Shown here piece by piece: positions 32,342 to 42,172 of a stretch of 64,000 nt of DNA. Source of the stretch: an uncultured cyanobacterium. GTDB taxonomy: Bacteria; Cyanobacteriota; Cyanobacteriia; PCC-6307; Cyanobiaceae. Numbering within the stretch: position 1 is the stretch's first letter; every line of letters begins with the position of its first letter. The translations under genes were made by a program, and so were the position numbers. The stretch covers positions 288,001 to 352,000 of the forward strand of contig CAVXWZ010000008.1 of assembly GCA_963765575.1 (NCBI GenBank), read 5' to 3'. Below the pieces are notes generated by a model that was given only the letters and a program-made list of their open reading frames with translations, searched no databases and was not told where the DNA came from.

Positions 32342-32881
32342 ATGACCACGACCCGCCCCATCAACCGCTCCAGCAGCGTGTCCGCCCATTCCCTCGCTGA
32401 ACAGCTCGCCAACCGTGATGTGTCGGTGATCGACGTGCGCGAACCGGTGGAGTACGCCTCCGGCCACATCGAAGGCAGCCTCAACATCCCGTTGGCACGT
32501 CTCTCCCAGGCCGACCTGCCCAGCGGTCCGCTGGTGCTGGTGTGCCAGAGCGGCAACCGCAGTGGCCGCGCCTTGAAGGTGCTTCAGACGCAAGGACATC
32601 CCCACCCCGTGGCCGATCTGGAGGGTGGCGTACCGTCGTGGGAGCAGGCTGGCCTGACGCTGCGTCGTCTCAAGAGGGCACCGCTGCCGCTGATGCGCCA
32701 GGTGCAGATCGCTGCTGGTTCACTGGTGCTGCTGGGTCTGATCCTGAGCGCCACCGTGGCTCCGGCCTGGATCCTGCTCAGCTGGTTCGTGGGCGCCGGG
32801 CTGGTGTTCGCGGGGATCAGCGGCTTCTGCGGCATGGCCCGGCTGCTGGCGGCGATGCCCTGGAACCGGATGGCCCTGTGA
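32342..32881 (+). CDS. Membrane-anchored rhodanese (YgaP/DUF2892 type)
   Basis: IDVREPVEY..GHI, CQSGNRS, RQVQIAAG, GFCGMARLL..MPWN. Confidence 0.9.
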   Translation: MTTTRPINRSSSVSAHSLAEQLANRDVSVIDVREPVEYASGHIEGSLNIPLARLSQADLPSGPLVLVCQSGNRSGRALKVLQTQGHPHPVADLEGGVPSWEQAGLTLRRLKRAPLPLMRQVQIAAGSLVLLGLILSATVAPAWILLSWFVGAGLVFAGISGFCGMARLLAAMPWNRMAL

Positions 32882-33738
32882 TCGACGCCAGCTCGGGCCT
32901 GCTGCTGGCGGGCGGAGGCCTGATCGGCTTTCTGCTGGCCGTGCTCGGTGCGGGCGGCTCGATCCTGCTGCTGCCGCTGCTGGTCAGCGGCGCCGGTCTG
33001 CCCACCCGTGAGGCCGTGCCCCTGTCGCTGATCGTGGTGGGCGCGCTGGCCCTGGCCAACACGCCCCCCTACCTGCGGCGGGGCTGGTTCGCCCCCCGCC
33101 CCGCCCTGGTGCTGGGCGTGCCGGCCCTGGCCGGAAGCTGGATCGGGGGACGTCTGGTGCAGGCGGGGCTGATTCCCGAAGTCCTGCAGCTGGCCCTGTT
33201 CACGGCGGCGGCCCTGCTGGCCGCCTGGCTGCTCAGCCGCCGCACCGCCCTGGTGGACGCCGCCAACACCACCGAGCCCCGGGGACGCGCCGGGCCGCTG
33301 GCCCTGCAGGGGGTGCTGGTGGGGCTGCTCACCGGCATTGCCGGGGTGGGTGGTGGCTTCGCCATCGTGCCGGCCCTGGTGCTGCTGGCGGGGCTGCCGA
33401 TGACCCTGGCCAGTGGCACCAGCCTGCTGTTGATCGCCACCAATGCCCTGGTGGCCCTGGTGGCGCAGGGGCACTGGCCTGCAGAGGTGCTGCCGCTGTT
33501 GATCCCGCTGCTGCTCGGTGGCGTTCTGGGCGGCATTGCCGGCCAGTGGCTCGCTCCCCATCTGCCCGAGCTGCGCCTGCGTCAGGGGTTCGCCGCCCTG
33601 TTGCTGGGCTCCGCCCTGCTCACGGGCTGGGAAGCCTGGCGGCGTCAGGCCCCAACCCCCATGGCAAGCCGCCCTGCCACGGCCCCGTTCCCCCGCCCCC
33701 TTCCGATCGCCTCCACCGTGAGCCCCCCCACGCCATGA
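32878..33738 (+). CDS. Sulfite exporter TauE/SafE family
   Basis: GAGGSILLLP and GVGGGFAIVP duplicated motifs; multi-TM. Confidence 0.88.
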   Translation: MIDASSGLLLAGGGLIGFLLAVLGAGGSILLLPLLVSGAGLPTREAVPLSLIVVGALALANTPPYLRRGWFAPRPALVLGVPALAGSWIGGRLVQAGLIPEVLQLALFTAAALLAAWLLSRRTALVDAANTTEPRGRAGPLALQGVLVGLLTGIAGVGGGFAIVPALVLLAGLPMTLASGTSLLLIATNALVALVAQGHWPAEVLPLLIPLLLGGVLGGIAGQWLAPHLPELRLRQGFAALLLGSALLTGWEAWRRQAPTPMASRPATAPFPRPLPIASTVSPPTP

Positions 33739-34181
33739 CCACCAGCCGCCGCTTTCACTTTCGCCTGCAGAGCCTCCACCCAGCCCCCGAGGGCGCCAGC
33801 CCGCAACCCACTGTGCAGTGGCTGAACGGAGAGGGTCGCTGGGAGTCGCAGGAGCTCACCCTGACGATGCCGGGGTTCCGGATCTACCTGATCTCCCTGC
33901 TGCTGTGTCAGCACTTTTATCTCGTGGCCAATGCCCACGAACGCCAGGTTCCGTTGGCGCGGGTGGAGACAGAATTCACCGTGACCGCGGCTGAGGATTG
34001 GATCCTGCAGAGCGTGATCGGCGAGTTTCGTCTGCAGCTTCAGGAAGCCGCAGACGGCAGGGCGGTGACGGCAGTTTCAGATGCCGACCTGACTTACATC
34101 CAGGAACGGATGAAGGCCTGTCCCGTATCCAGAAATCTTCCCGCTGGAGTGGAGAAGATCACCTCAGTGCTGATCGACTGA
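33735..34181 (+). CDS. Hypothetical protein, OsmC/Ohr-like two-Cys pattern
   Basis: SLLLCQ...CPVSRNL; ATGA overlap with tauE. Confidence 0.6.
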   Translation: MTTSRRFHFRLQSLHPAPEGASPQPTVQWLNGEGRWESQELTLTMPGFRIYLISLLLCQHFYLVANAHERQVPLARVETEFTVTAAEDWILQSVIGEFRLQLQEAADGRAVTAVSDADLTYIQERMKACPVSRNLPAGVEKITSVLID

Positions 34182-34283
34182 GCGGCAGTTCGACCTGTCC
34201 TGATGGCCCTGGAACGGTGGCTGCGCGTGGAAGTCTGTGGGCAAATCCCATGATGCACAGACTCGGAAGACGGCGCACCGAAG

Positions 34284-34357
34284 TGGCTCGGGGGAGACTT
34301 GAACTCCCGACCTTGGGGTTATGAATCCCACGCTCTAACCAGCTGAGCTACCGAGCC
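34284..34357 (-). tRNA. tRNA-Met (CAT), probably elongator
   Basis: GGCTCGGTAGCTCAGCTGGTTAGAGCGTGGGATTCATAACCCCAAGGTCGGGAGTTCAAGTCTCCCCCGAGCCA folds as a cloverleaf; paired first base argues against initiator. Confidence 0.92.
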
Positions 34358-34374
34358 GCGGTGGATGGAGTGTA

Positions 34375-35526
34375 TCAGGCGCGGGGCGGCAGGAACTTGA
34401 GTGGATTCAGGGCACTACCACCGGCCGGGTGGATTTCGAAGTGGAGGTGGGGGCCGGTGCTGCGGCCGGTGCTGCCCATCAGGGAGATCACCGTTCCCTG
34501 CCGCACCTGCTGGCCACTGCTCACCATCAGGCGGCTGTTGTGGGCATAGAGCGAACGGCTGCCATCGGGGTGCCGGAGCTCGACGAGATAGCCATAGCCC
34601 CCGTCGTGCCATCCGGAGAACGTCACCTGGCCACTGCGGGCGGCCTTGATCGGGGTGCCGACGTTGTTGGCCAGATCGATGCCGCGATGCATGCGGCCCC
34701 AGCGCCAGCCGTAGCCGGAGGTGAACACGCCGCTGGTGGGCCAGATCCAGGTGTGGGCACCACGATCTTGAAACGGCTGCTGGGGCTGCCCCAGGTTGGG
34801 CTGGTCAGGCCAGCTGAGGCCACCACTGGTGCTGGGGCGCAGACCGAGCACGGCCCGCTGACGCACAGGCGCTGCCTGCACCAGCTGGATCTCACTACCG
34901 GCCACCAGCCGGGCGGTGTCAAGACCGGGGTTGAAGCGCAGCAGCTCCTGCATGGTCACCCCGTAGCGCTGGGCGATCTGCAGCAGGGTGTCCCCGAGGC
35001 GCACCACGCCCTTGGTCTGCGGCGGGGGCGGCGCACTGATCGGAGGCTCCGTGCGCCGCAGGGTGGAGCTGTCGAGGGAGGCCACCCGTTGGGCGGCAGG
35101 TCCCTGGCGACTCGGGACCACCACCCAATCGCCGCTCTTGAAGCGATGGCTGGTGCCGACATCGTTGAGACCGGCCAGGGACTGGCTCTGCAGACCGATC
35201 TGGCGGGAGAGTTCGGCGATGCTCACCGGCTGACGCACCCGCACCCAGAGGCGATCACTGGGCAGGGCCGCCAGCAGGGTCGCCTCGGGGGAGACAGCAT
35301 CGGGCAACACGCTGCTGGCCAGCAACGGTGTGGCGGAGAATTCAGGGGCGTTCAGGGCAGCACCGGCAACGGCGGGCTCAACGCTGGAGCTGAGGCCGAG
35401 CAGCTGCTGATCCAGCGGCTCTTCCTGGGGGCTGCGCTGTGAGACAGCGACACTGATGGCAGGAATAGCCACAACTCCCGGCAGGAGAAGTAGCAGACCC
35501 GTTTGAAGTGCGGTTGTTGGCTTCAT
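34375..35526 (-). CDS. LysM + M23 peptidoglycan endopeptidase
   Basis: GDTLLQIAQRYGVT; HRGIDL, YAH, STGPHLHFE. Confidence 0.92.
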   Translation of the reverse strand: MKPTTALQTGLLLLLPGVVAIPAISVAVSQRSPQEEPLDQQLLGLSSSVEPAVAGAALNAPEFSATPLLASSVLPDAVSPEATLLAALPSDRLWVRVRQPVSIAELSRQIGLQSQSLAGLNDVGTSHRFKSGDWVVVPSRQGPAAQRVASLDSSTLRRTEPPISAPPPPQTKGVVRLGDTLLQIAQRYGVTMQELLRFNPGLDTARLVAGSEIQLVQAAPVRQRAVLGLRPSTSGGLSWPDQPNLGQPQQPFQDRGAHTWIWPTSGVFTSGYGWRWGRMHRGIDLANNVGTPIKAARSGQVTFSGWHDGGYGYLVELRHPDGSRSLYAHNSRLMVSSGQQVRQGTVISLMGSTGRSTGPHLHFEIHPAGGSALNPLKFLPPRA

Positions 35527-35660
35527 TCAATACTGTCCCCAAACGACAAAGCCCAGTGGAGAAGCCTGCATCCATGGACCGCGCAGACAGTAGCGGACGG
35601 GACCGGGGGTAGCAAGTTCAGCCAAGACCTGAATTGGCACGCGTCGGTGGCTGGGGTTGA

Positions 35661-36147
35661 TCAGGATTGCCCCAACTCACCCAGTTGGCGCAAGGCCTCG
35701 TACAGCACCACCGCAACGGCCGAGGCCAGGTTGAGGCTGCGCACGCCGCCGCCGGGATGGTGGCGCGATCGGGCCATGGGGATCGTCAGGCAGATGTCGG
35801 ACTCCGCCAGCAGGGCCGGCGGCAGGCCCTCAGTTTCGCGACCGAAGAGGAGCCAGTCGTCGGTCGGCGAAGGCAAAACTGGCGTAGCTGGTGCTGCCGT
35901 GGGCGCTGAGGGCCAGCAGGCGCCCGCCACGCCGTTGCTGCTCCAGGCGGCACTGTTCCCAGTCGCCGTGCCGGTGCAGGGGCACCCAGGGCCAGTAGTC
36001 GAGACCGGCACGCCGCAGCCGCCGGTCACTGATCTCGAAACCCAGGGGGTCCACCAGGTGCAGCTCCTGGCCCGTGGCGGCGCAGGTGCGCGCCACATTG
36101 CCTGTGTTGGGCGGGATCTGGGGCTGGTACAGCACCACACGGGGCAT
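35661..36147 (-). pseudogene. trmL: tRNA (cytidine/uridine-34 2'-O)-methyltransferase, frameshifted near 35865-35870
   Basis: [17 protein letters not shown] in one frame, [15 protein letters not shown] in another; total 487 nt. Confidence 0.8.
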
Positions 36148-36166
36148 GGGAGAGGGGCGGAGGAGG

Positions 36167-36724
36167 TCAGCTGCTGGGCACCGGCTCGCTGAGCGCGAGC
36201 AGGTCGATGGCCCGGCCGGCCACCACCAGCCAGAGATGCTGGCAGTGGCCGCTGAGCCGCTCCTCCAGGGCACCGAGCCGGTCGCGGAAACGACCGCCGA
36301 TGGCGGTGGGCGGCACCACGCCCCAGCCCGTCTGTTCACTCACCAGCAGCACCCGGGCGGGGCAGGCGACCAGGCTGGCCAGCAAGGCGTCCTGCCGGCC
36401 GGCCCAGGCCTGCTCGTCGAGGTCCAGACCCCAGCTCACCCAGGTGCCAAGGGAATCCACCAGGGCGAGATCGCCGACGGGCAACGCCGCGAGGGCATCC
36501 GCCAGCTGCTCACCCACCTCGACACAGCGCCAGGCGGCCGGCCGGCGGCGGCGGTGCAGCGCCAGGCGTTGCTGCCAGGCGGCATCGGCGGGCAGGTGCG
36601 GCCCGGTGGCCAGGTAGTGCACGGGCAGACCGCTGCGCTTGGCCAGGTGTTCGGCCCAGCGGCTCTTGCCACTGCGGGCCGGACCGGTGATCAGCTCCAG
36701 CGACCAGGCCTCAGCCACCGCCAT
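36167..36724 (-). CDS. cobU: Adenosylcobinamide kinase/guanylyltransferase
   Basis: [40 protein letters not shown]. Confidence 0.92.
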   Translation of the reverse strand: MAVAEAWSLELITGPARSGKSRWAEHLAKRSGLPVHYLATGPHLPADAAWQQRLALHRRRRPAAWRCVEVGEQLADALAALPVGDLALVDSLGTWVSWGLDLDEQAWAGRQDALLASLVACPARVLLVSEQTGWGVVPPTAIGGRFRDRLGALEERLSGHCQHLWLVVAGRAIDLLALSEPVPSS

Positions 36725-37859
36725 TCATGTTGCGCAGGGTGGCCACCGACGAGGGCGAGACGCGGTTGAGATAACGGAAGATCCAGTATTTGAAGACGGT
36801 GGCCAAGACCACCGGAAAGGTGGCGATGAAAAGCATGATGAAATTCTCACGGGCTGGCAATCCCAGGTGGTGGGCAATGCCATTGAGCAGCACCGTCCAG
36901 CCCTCTGGACTATGGAAACCCACAAACACATCGGTGAACAAGATGATGGCAAAGGCCTTGGCACTATCGCTGAGCCCATAGACAAGTTCATCGATGAACG
37001 CTTTCAGGGCCTGAATTTCTCGGCGTCCGAGCAGGCACATCAGCGCAAAGCCCAGCAGGCCGGCGAAATCCGACAGCACGTTTTTCACCGCTTCAGAGCT
37101 GGTCTGGTCGGCCTCCTGCTTGAGCAGTTCTGCCCGTTCGGTGAGCATCGCCTGCAGCTGCTCCCGTTCGGGAATCGGCTTGCCCCGGAGCAGGGCATCA
37201 AATTCCACCTCCTCCTTGAACACCCTCAGCTTCTCCACGGCCTGCTCCTCCAGGGCCGGTTTGGGGTAGGTGAGGAAGGGGGCCTCGGGGGCGAAGCGAT
37301 CCACCAGGGGCGACACCACCAGGGAACGGCTGAGCTGCTGCACCAGCAGGGGCACGAGCACCAGCAGCAGCAGGATGCGCAGGGACACAAGCGTCGAATC
37401 CCGGCGTCGCCGGAAGCCCTCCAGCAGGTTCACCTCGGCGTCGGGATCGAGCTGGCGACGGACGCGATCGAGCACGCCGATCAGGCTGCGGGGCAGCACC
37501 TCCGGGGCACGGGTGAGGGCGGGCTTGGCACTCAGCCGGGTGGGGTCGTAGCGCTCCAGCACCGCCTCAACATCATCCAGCTGGCGCCGGCCTTCGGGGC
37601 TGAGGACCTGGCGGTCATCCTGCAGCGTGCTCGTGGCGCTGCGGCACACCTCCAGGGCCGTCTGGAAACGGCGGCGCAGCTGGGCCTGGGCGGCCCGCGG
37701 CATCGGCAGGGCCTGATCCAGCCGCACGGCACGGGCGTTGAAATGCTCCCGCTCGATCGTCTCGATCGTGCGGGCCGCCTCCACGGCCCGCCGCAGGTCG
37801 TGGCTGATCTGGCGGTTCTGGGCCTTGCTGAAGGTGCCCAACCAATCGCTCAAGCCCAT
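36711..37859 (-). CDS. pxcA: Proton extrusion protein PcxA/CemA
   Basis: LSDSAKAF, GFHSPEGW, FPVVLATVFKYWIFRYLNRVSPS. Confidence 0.93.
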   Translation of the reverse strand: MGLSDWLGTFSKAQNRQISHDLRRAVEAARTIETIEREHFNARAVRLDQALPMPRAAQAQLRRRFQTALEVCRSATSTLQDDRQVLSPEGRRQLDDVEAVLERYDPTRLSAKPALTRAPEVLPRSLIGVLDRVRRQLDPDAEVNLLEGFRRRRDSTLVSLRILLLLVLVPLLVQQLSRSLVVSPLVDRFAPEAPFLTYPKPALEEQAVEKLRVFKEEVEFDALLRGKPIPEREQLQAMLTERAELLKQEADQTSSEAVKNVLSDFAGLLGFALMCLLGRREIQALKAFIDELVYGLSDSAKAFAIILFTDVFVGFHSPEGWTVLLNGIAHHLGLPARENFIMLFIATFPVVLATVFKYWIFRYLNRVSPSSVATLRNMNGGG

Positions 37860-37915
37860 GCCCTCAGCGCCATGTGTGCAGTCCCATCAGATCGGCGGGC
37901 AGGGCGAATTCGGCA

Positions 37916-38581
37916 TCAGCGCGAAAACACCCACCAGGTGAGCATGGGCACGATCGTGCCCAGCACCAGCAGCACCACCACCCAGGTGAAGGCGTTGCTG
38001 GCGGCGGTGTCCTCACGGCTGGGCACATTGCTCGGCGCCGTCACCACGGCGGCCACCACCGGATCGCCGGGATCCTCGCCGCCCTCCAGCACCGTGAGCA
38101 GGCGCGTGATGCCATCCAGGCTGGCCTGGCGGTAGCGGGCACCATCGCGGATCGGCAGGGCCATGGTGCTGCGGGCGGTGCGGCGCAACAGTGACGGGCT
38201 GAGCCTCCCCTGCAGATCCTGGGAGCTCACCACCGCCGCGCTGTTGGTCTGGCTGTCGATCAGGAACAGCAGCTGGGCGCGGCCGGAGGCCGGGTCACGC
38301 CAGCGGTCCACCAGCTGACCTCCCAGCTCCGGCAGGGCCAGGCCGTAGTCGAGCTGGTTGAGGGTGAGCAGCCGGGCCTCCACCCGCTCGGCCTGGAAGC
38401 TCTCCAGCTGGCGGACCAGCTCGGAGCTGGCGGCGCGGCTGAGCACACCGGCGGAATCGAGCACCAGCTCCGGGGGCGCCGAGCTGGGAAAGTCCGCCGC
38501 CGAGAGCGCCAGGGCGGAACTGAAGGGCCAGAACAGCAACAGCAGGGCCGCCAGGGCGGCCAGCAGTGGGGAGCGGATCAA
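37916..38581 (-). CDS. psb32: Photosystem II repair protein Psb32 (TPM domain)
   Basis: Signal peptide, VLDSAGVLSR, LDYG, C-terminal TM helix. Confidence 0.8.
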   Translation of the reverse strand: MIRSPLLAALAALLLLFWPFSSALALSAADFPSSAPPELVLDSAGVLSRAASSELVRQLESFQAERVEARLLTLNQLDYGLALPELGGQLVDRWRDPASGRAQLLFLIDSQTNSAAVVSSQDLQGRLSPSLLRRTARSTMALPIRDGARYRQASLDGITRLLTVLEGGEDPGDPVVAAVVTAPSNVPSREDTAASNAFTWVVVLLVLGTIVPMLTWWVFSR

Positions 38582-38641
38582 CGTCCTGCGGTGCGGCTGG
38601 CCCTAGTTTGCCGCCTGTCGTGCGCTCTGTCCGCCGTTGCC

Positions 38642-39301
38642 ATGGCGCTGCCGCCACCAGCCAGAGTGAGCCTCGGGGTTGGGCTGGTCGGCCTGCTGCT
38701 GGCGGTGACCAACCAGCTCAGCGCAGCGGACCAGGATCCGGCCTTCACCCGCGCCGGAGTGCTGGCGGCCCTGTTGGCCGTGGGTCTGATGCTGGTGGCG
38801 GTGCTCTGGACCCGGGCCGTGCCGGAGGCGGCCAGCCGGGCGCCCCTGCAGGGCCGTGAAGGGCTGGAGCTGGCGGATGGGCTGCCCGAGGAGGTGCGTC
38901 AGGAGTTGGGCTGGGGCAGCCAGATGCTGCTGACCGCCAGCCCGGCGGCGGTGGTGCTGGTGTGGTGGCGGGGCCGGGTGCTGCTGCGCCGGGGACTGCT
39001 CAGCGCAGCGCTCTTCAGTCCGGGCCCGATCTGCCGTCGCGCCATCGATCGCCAGCAGGCGATCTCCCTGGTGAATCTGGCCCTCTACCCCGGCCGGGAT
39101 GAATTCGAGACTTTGCTGAGCGACCTGCCGGCGGTGCTGGTCCAGCCGCTGGGGGACCAGGGGGTGGTGCTGCTGGGCGGCTGGTCGCCGCGCTGCTTCA
39201 GCCGCAGTGATCTCACCTGGGCGGAGGGCTGGGCCCGGCGGCTTACAGCTGGAATGCTGGCGGCCGGTCCCGCTGCCGCTGGCGATCCCGACCCGGGCTG
39301 A
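38642..39301 (+). CDS. Cofactor assembly of complex C subunit B (CCB2/CCB4 family)
   Basis: Two N-terminal TMs; ELGWGSQMLLT, LALYPGRDEF, RCFSRSD. Confidence 0.75.
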   Translation: MALPPPARVSLGVGLVGLLLAVTNQLSAADQDPAFTRAGVLAALLAVGLMLVAVLWTRAVPEAASRAPLQGREGLELADGLPEEVRQELGWGSQMLLTASPAAVVLVWWRGRVLLRRGLLSAALFSPGPICRRAIDRQQAISLVNLALYPGRDEFETLLSDLPAVLVQPLGDQGVVLLGGWSPRCFSRSDLTWAEGWARRLTAGMLAAGPAAAGDPDPG

Positions 39302-40451
39302 CGGGCCCGCCGTCGGCGGCGCCGGCACCGCCCGGCAGGCGCAGTTCGCTGCGCACCCGCCCGCCGGGGCTGCTGAATTCCACAAACCCTGATTCACCGA
39401 TGCGGCCCACCAGGCGCTCGGCCGCTGTCTCGAGACCATTGGCCTCGCTGCGCAGCACCACCCCACCGCTGGCCTCCACCTGGCCGCTGCCCCAGTCCCA
39501 GCGGCAGCGGCTGGCCCGCAACCGGTCACCAGGCTGTTGCAAGCGGCAATCGGCCTGCACCACCAGGGTCTGGTTGACGGCATCGAGACGGAAACCGGTG
39601 CCGCTGAAGCGGCTCTTGCCATACCGCCCGCTGAACGGTTGATCGCTGCTGGCCTGTCGGCGGCGCAGATCGAGACGGGTGGCGCGGGCCTCGATCAGGG
39701 CCTGCCGCTGGGGGTCCTCCAGCCGCACCGGGGCCTGCAGATCAAGGGTCTGGGCCATGGTGTCGCCGCTGAGGCCGGGGGCGGTGAGCCGCTGCACGGC
39801 TCCACTCGCCAGGCGCCGCTGGCCCCGGATCGGGCCCCTGCCCTGCAGCACGGCAGTGCCCGGACTCCAGTCCACGTCCACCAGCGCCAGCTGCAGCGGT
39901 TCGTCGCCGCCCTGGCGCAGCAGGGGGCTCTGGCGCAACTCCAGCCGGTCCTTGTCGATCAGGAAGCGGGCCAGGCCGGCGGTGAGCTCCAGGTCGCCGC
40001 TGCTCGCCTTGGGGTTGCGGTCGATCTCCATGCGCTCCTGCCGCGGATACCAGCGCAGTCGCAGGCCGGTGAGCAGCAGGGGGCGCTCCTCATCGAGGCG
40101 CTCCAGGCGGATGGGCCCCTCCAGCTGAACCAGCTCGCCGTCGTTGAGCACCACGCCGCTGGCGGCGGAAAAGCGATAGCGCGGCTGGCCCTGCTCGTAG
40201 AGGACCCCCGTGAGATCGCGGGACTGGGCGAGCTTGCGCCTGAGGTCATAGCGGGTTTCGGGGCTGCTCAGCTCCCACAACGGCCGGCCCTGCTGGTCCT
40301 GACGGCGCAGGTTGAGTTCGCGGAACACGAACGGCTGGGCCCGCTGCTGGGGCTGGGGCGTGGGTGTACAGCCCAGCAGCACCAGCGCCAGGGGAAGAGC
40401 AACAAGCCCCCCGGGCCCAGCGAGGCCACCGGGCCAGCAGCAGCGGCTCAC
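39243..40451 (-). CDS. lptC: LptC-like LPS export periplasmic protein (long form)
   Basis: Lipobox LVLLGC; FRELNLRRQDQQGRPLWEL; repeated beta-strand segments. Confidence 0.65.
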   Translation of the reverse strand: MSRCCWPGGLAGPGGLVALPLALVLLGCTPTPQPQQRAQPFVFRELNLRRQDQQGRPLWELSSPETRYDLRRKLAQSRDLTGVLYEQGQPRYRFSAASGVVLNDGELVQLEGPIRLERLDEERPLLLTGLRLRWYPRQERMEIDRNPKASSGDLELTAGLARFLIDKDRLELRQSPLLRQGGDEPLQLALVDVDWSPGTAVLQGRGPIRGQRRLASGAVQRLTAPGLSGDTMAQTLDLQAPVRLEDPQRQALIEARATRLDLRRRQASSDQPFSGRYGKSRFSGTGFRLDAVNQTLVVQADCRLQQPGDRLRASRCRWDWGSGQVEASGGVVLRSEANGLETAAERLVGRIGESGFVEFSSPGGRVRSELRLPGGAGAADGGPVSPGRDRQRQRDRPPAFQL

Positions 40452-42019
40452 AGTGGGCCGTCGAGTTCGAGCCGCTGCATCACCGGCGCCGGCTCGGGCA
40501 GCGGCGAGCCGCCGGCGAGCCGGCCCCAGCTCTGGGCTGCCAGCCAGGCACCCGAAGGGTCAACGGCGGGCCCGCTGGAATCAAAGGGCTGCTGGCCCAG
40601 CTGGCGGAGCATGCGCTCGGAGAGCTCCGGCAGCAGGGGCGCCAGCAGCACCGCCAGCCAACGGCTGGCCTCAAGCACCGCATAGAGATCGGCGGCCACC
40701 GCCGCCTCCTGGCCGGGCTGCTTCATCGCCTTCCAGGGGGCCTGATCGTTGAGAAAACCATTGGCATCGGAGGCCAGCCGCAGGATCGCCTCGGCGGCGG
40801 CGCGGAAATCGAGCACCGCCAGGGCCGTATTCACGGCCTCCGCCGTGTGGGCCGCCTTCAGCGCCAGGGGATGGTCGTCGCCGAGGGCGGCACCGGCCGG
40901 TGGCACCGAGGCCTCAAACCATTTGCGCGCCATCGAGCTGGTGCGGTTGAGCAGGTTGCCGATGGTGTTGGCCAGATCGCTGTTGACCAGATCGCTGAAG
41001 CGCTGCTGCTGGAAGTCGCCGTCATCACCGAAGGGGATGTCGCGCAGCAGGTACCAGCGCACCGCATCGCGCCCGCAGCGCTGGAGCAGCACCTCCGGAT
41101 CGAGCACATTGCCGAGCGATTTGCCCATCTTCTGCCCCTCGCGGGTGAGGAAGCCGTGGCCGAACACCCGCTGTGGCAGCGGCAGCCCCGCCGACAGCAG
41201 CATCGCTGGCCAGTAGACCGCGTGAAAGCGCAGGATGTCCTTGCCGATCACGTGCAGGTTGGCCGGCCAGCCCCGCTCCAGCACCCGCTCGAGGGCCACC
41301 GGCTGGGCGGGGTCGAGCAGGGCGGTGAGGTAACCGAGCAGGGCGTCGAACCACACATAGAAGGTGTGGCCGGCGTGGCCCGGCACCGGAATGCCCCAGG
41401 GGAGATCCACCCGGGAAATGGAGAAATCGCGCAGCCCCTGGGCCACGAAGTTTTCCACCTCGCGGCGGCGACCGGCCGGGGCGATGAACCCTGGCCGGCG
41501 GATCAGCTCTTCGATCGGCTGCTGGTAGCGGGACAGTCGGAAGAAGAGATTGACCTCATCGCGCCACTCCAGGGGGCGGCGGTGGATCGGGCATTCCGGA
41601 TCCTGGGCCTCATGGGGGTCGTCCTTGAACTCCTCACAGGCCACGCAGTACCAACCCTGCTGGCGCCCTTCCCGCACGTCCCCGGCCGCCTCCACGCGCG
41701 CGAAAAACTGTTCCACCAGTTGGCGGTGGCGGGGGTCGCTGGTGCGGATGAAGCGGTCGTGGCTGATCTGCCAGCGGTTCCAGAGGTCGCGGTAGCCCTC
41801 ACTGACCCCATCGCAGTGGGCCTGGGGGCTGAGACCGGCGGCCTCGGCCGTGCGCTGGATCTTCTGGCCGTGCTCGTCGCAACCGGTGATGAAGGTGACC
41901 CGCTCACCGCGCAGACGCTGGTGGCGGGCGATCGCATCACAGGCCAGGGTCGTGTACGTGCTGCCCAGGTGCGCCCGGTCGTTGGCGTAGTAGAGGGGGG
42001 TTGTGAGGGTGTAGGACAT
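40448..42019 (-). CDS. metG: Methionine--tRNA ligase
   Basis: TTPLYYAN..HLGS, DEHGQKI, YVWFDAL, KMGKSLGN. Confidence 0.96.
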   Translation of the reverse strand: MSYTLTTPLYYANDRAHLGSTYTTLACDAIARHQRLRGERVTFITGCDEHGQKIQRTAEAAGLSPQAHCDGVSEGYRDLWNRWQISHDRFIRTSDPRHRQLVEQFFARVEAAGDVREGRQQGWYCVACEEFKDDPHEAQDPECPIHRRPLEWRDEVNLFFRLSRYQQPIEELIRRPGFIAPAGRRREVENFVAQGLRDFSISRVDLPWGIPVPGHAGHTFYVWFDALLGYLTALLDPAQPVALERVLERGWPANLHVIGKDILRFHAVYWPAMLLSAGLPLPQRVFGHGFLTREGQKMGKSLGNVLDPEVLLQRCGRDAVRWYLLRDIPFGDDGDFQQQRFSDLVNSDLANTIGNLLNRTSSMARKWFEASVPPAGAALGDDHPLALKAAHTAEAVNTALAVLDFRAAAEAILRLASDANGFLNDQAPWKAMKQPGQEAAVAADLYAVLEASRWLAVLLAPLLPELSERMLRQLGQQPFDSSGPAVDPSGAWLAAQSWGRLAGGSPLPEPAPVMQRLELDGPL

Positions 42020-42172
42020 GCGGCGGTCGATGGCCAGCGGGCGCGCCCGGCCGCCGTCAAGGCGCCCCGGACAGCAGCGGAGCCCGACCCTGCCGATCGC
42101 GAGCCGATCCCGGGAAGCCGGTGCCTGGCCCGGATCCTACCCATCACCAGTCGCCCCTTTCCCCTCGCCGCC

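Noticed and set aside
34182..34284. Prophage/ICE integrated at tRNA-Met
   Set aside because: No integrase, phage genes or duplicated tRNA 3' end seen
40364..42172. Apparent 1217-aa ORF (40364-44017) and other long antisense ORFs (e.g. 305-2575, 52407-55247, 43965-46034, 46653-48818)
   Set aside because: Shadow frames of real genes in high-GC DNA; only 42173-44017 of the 1217-aa ORF has protein motifs
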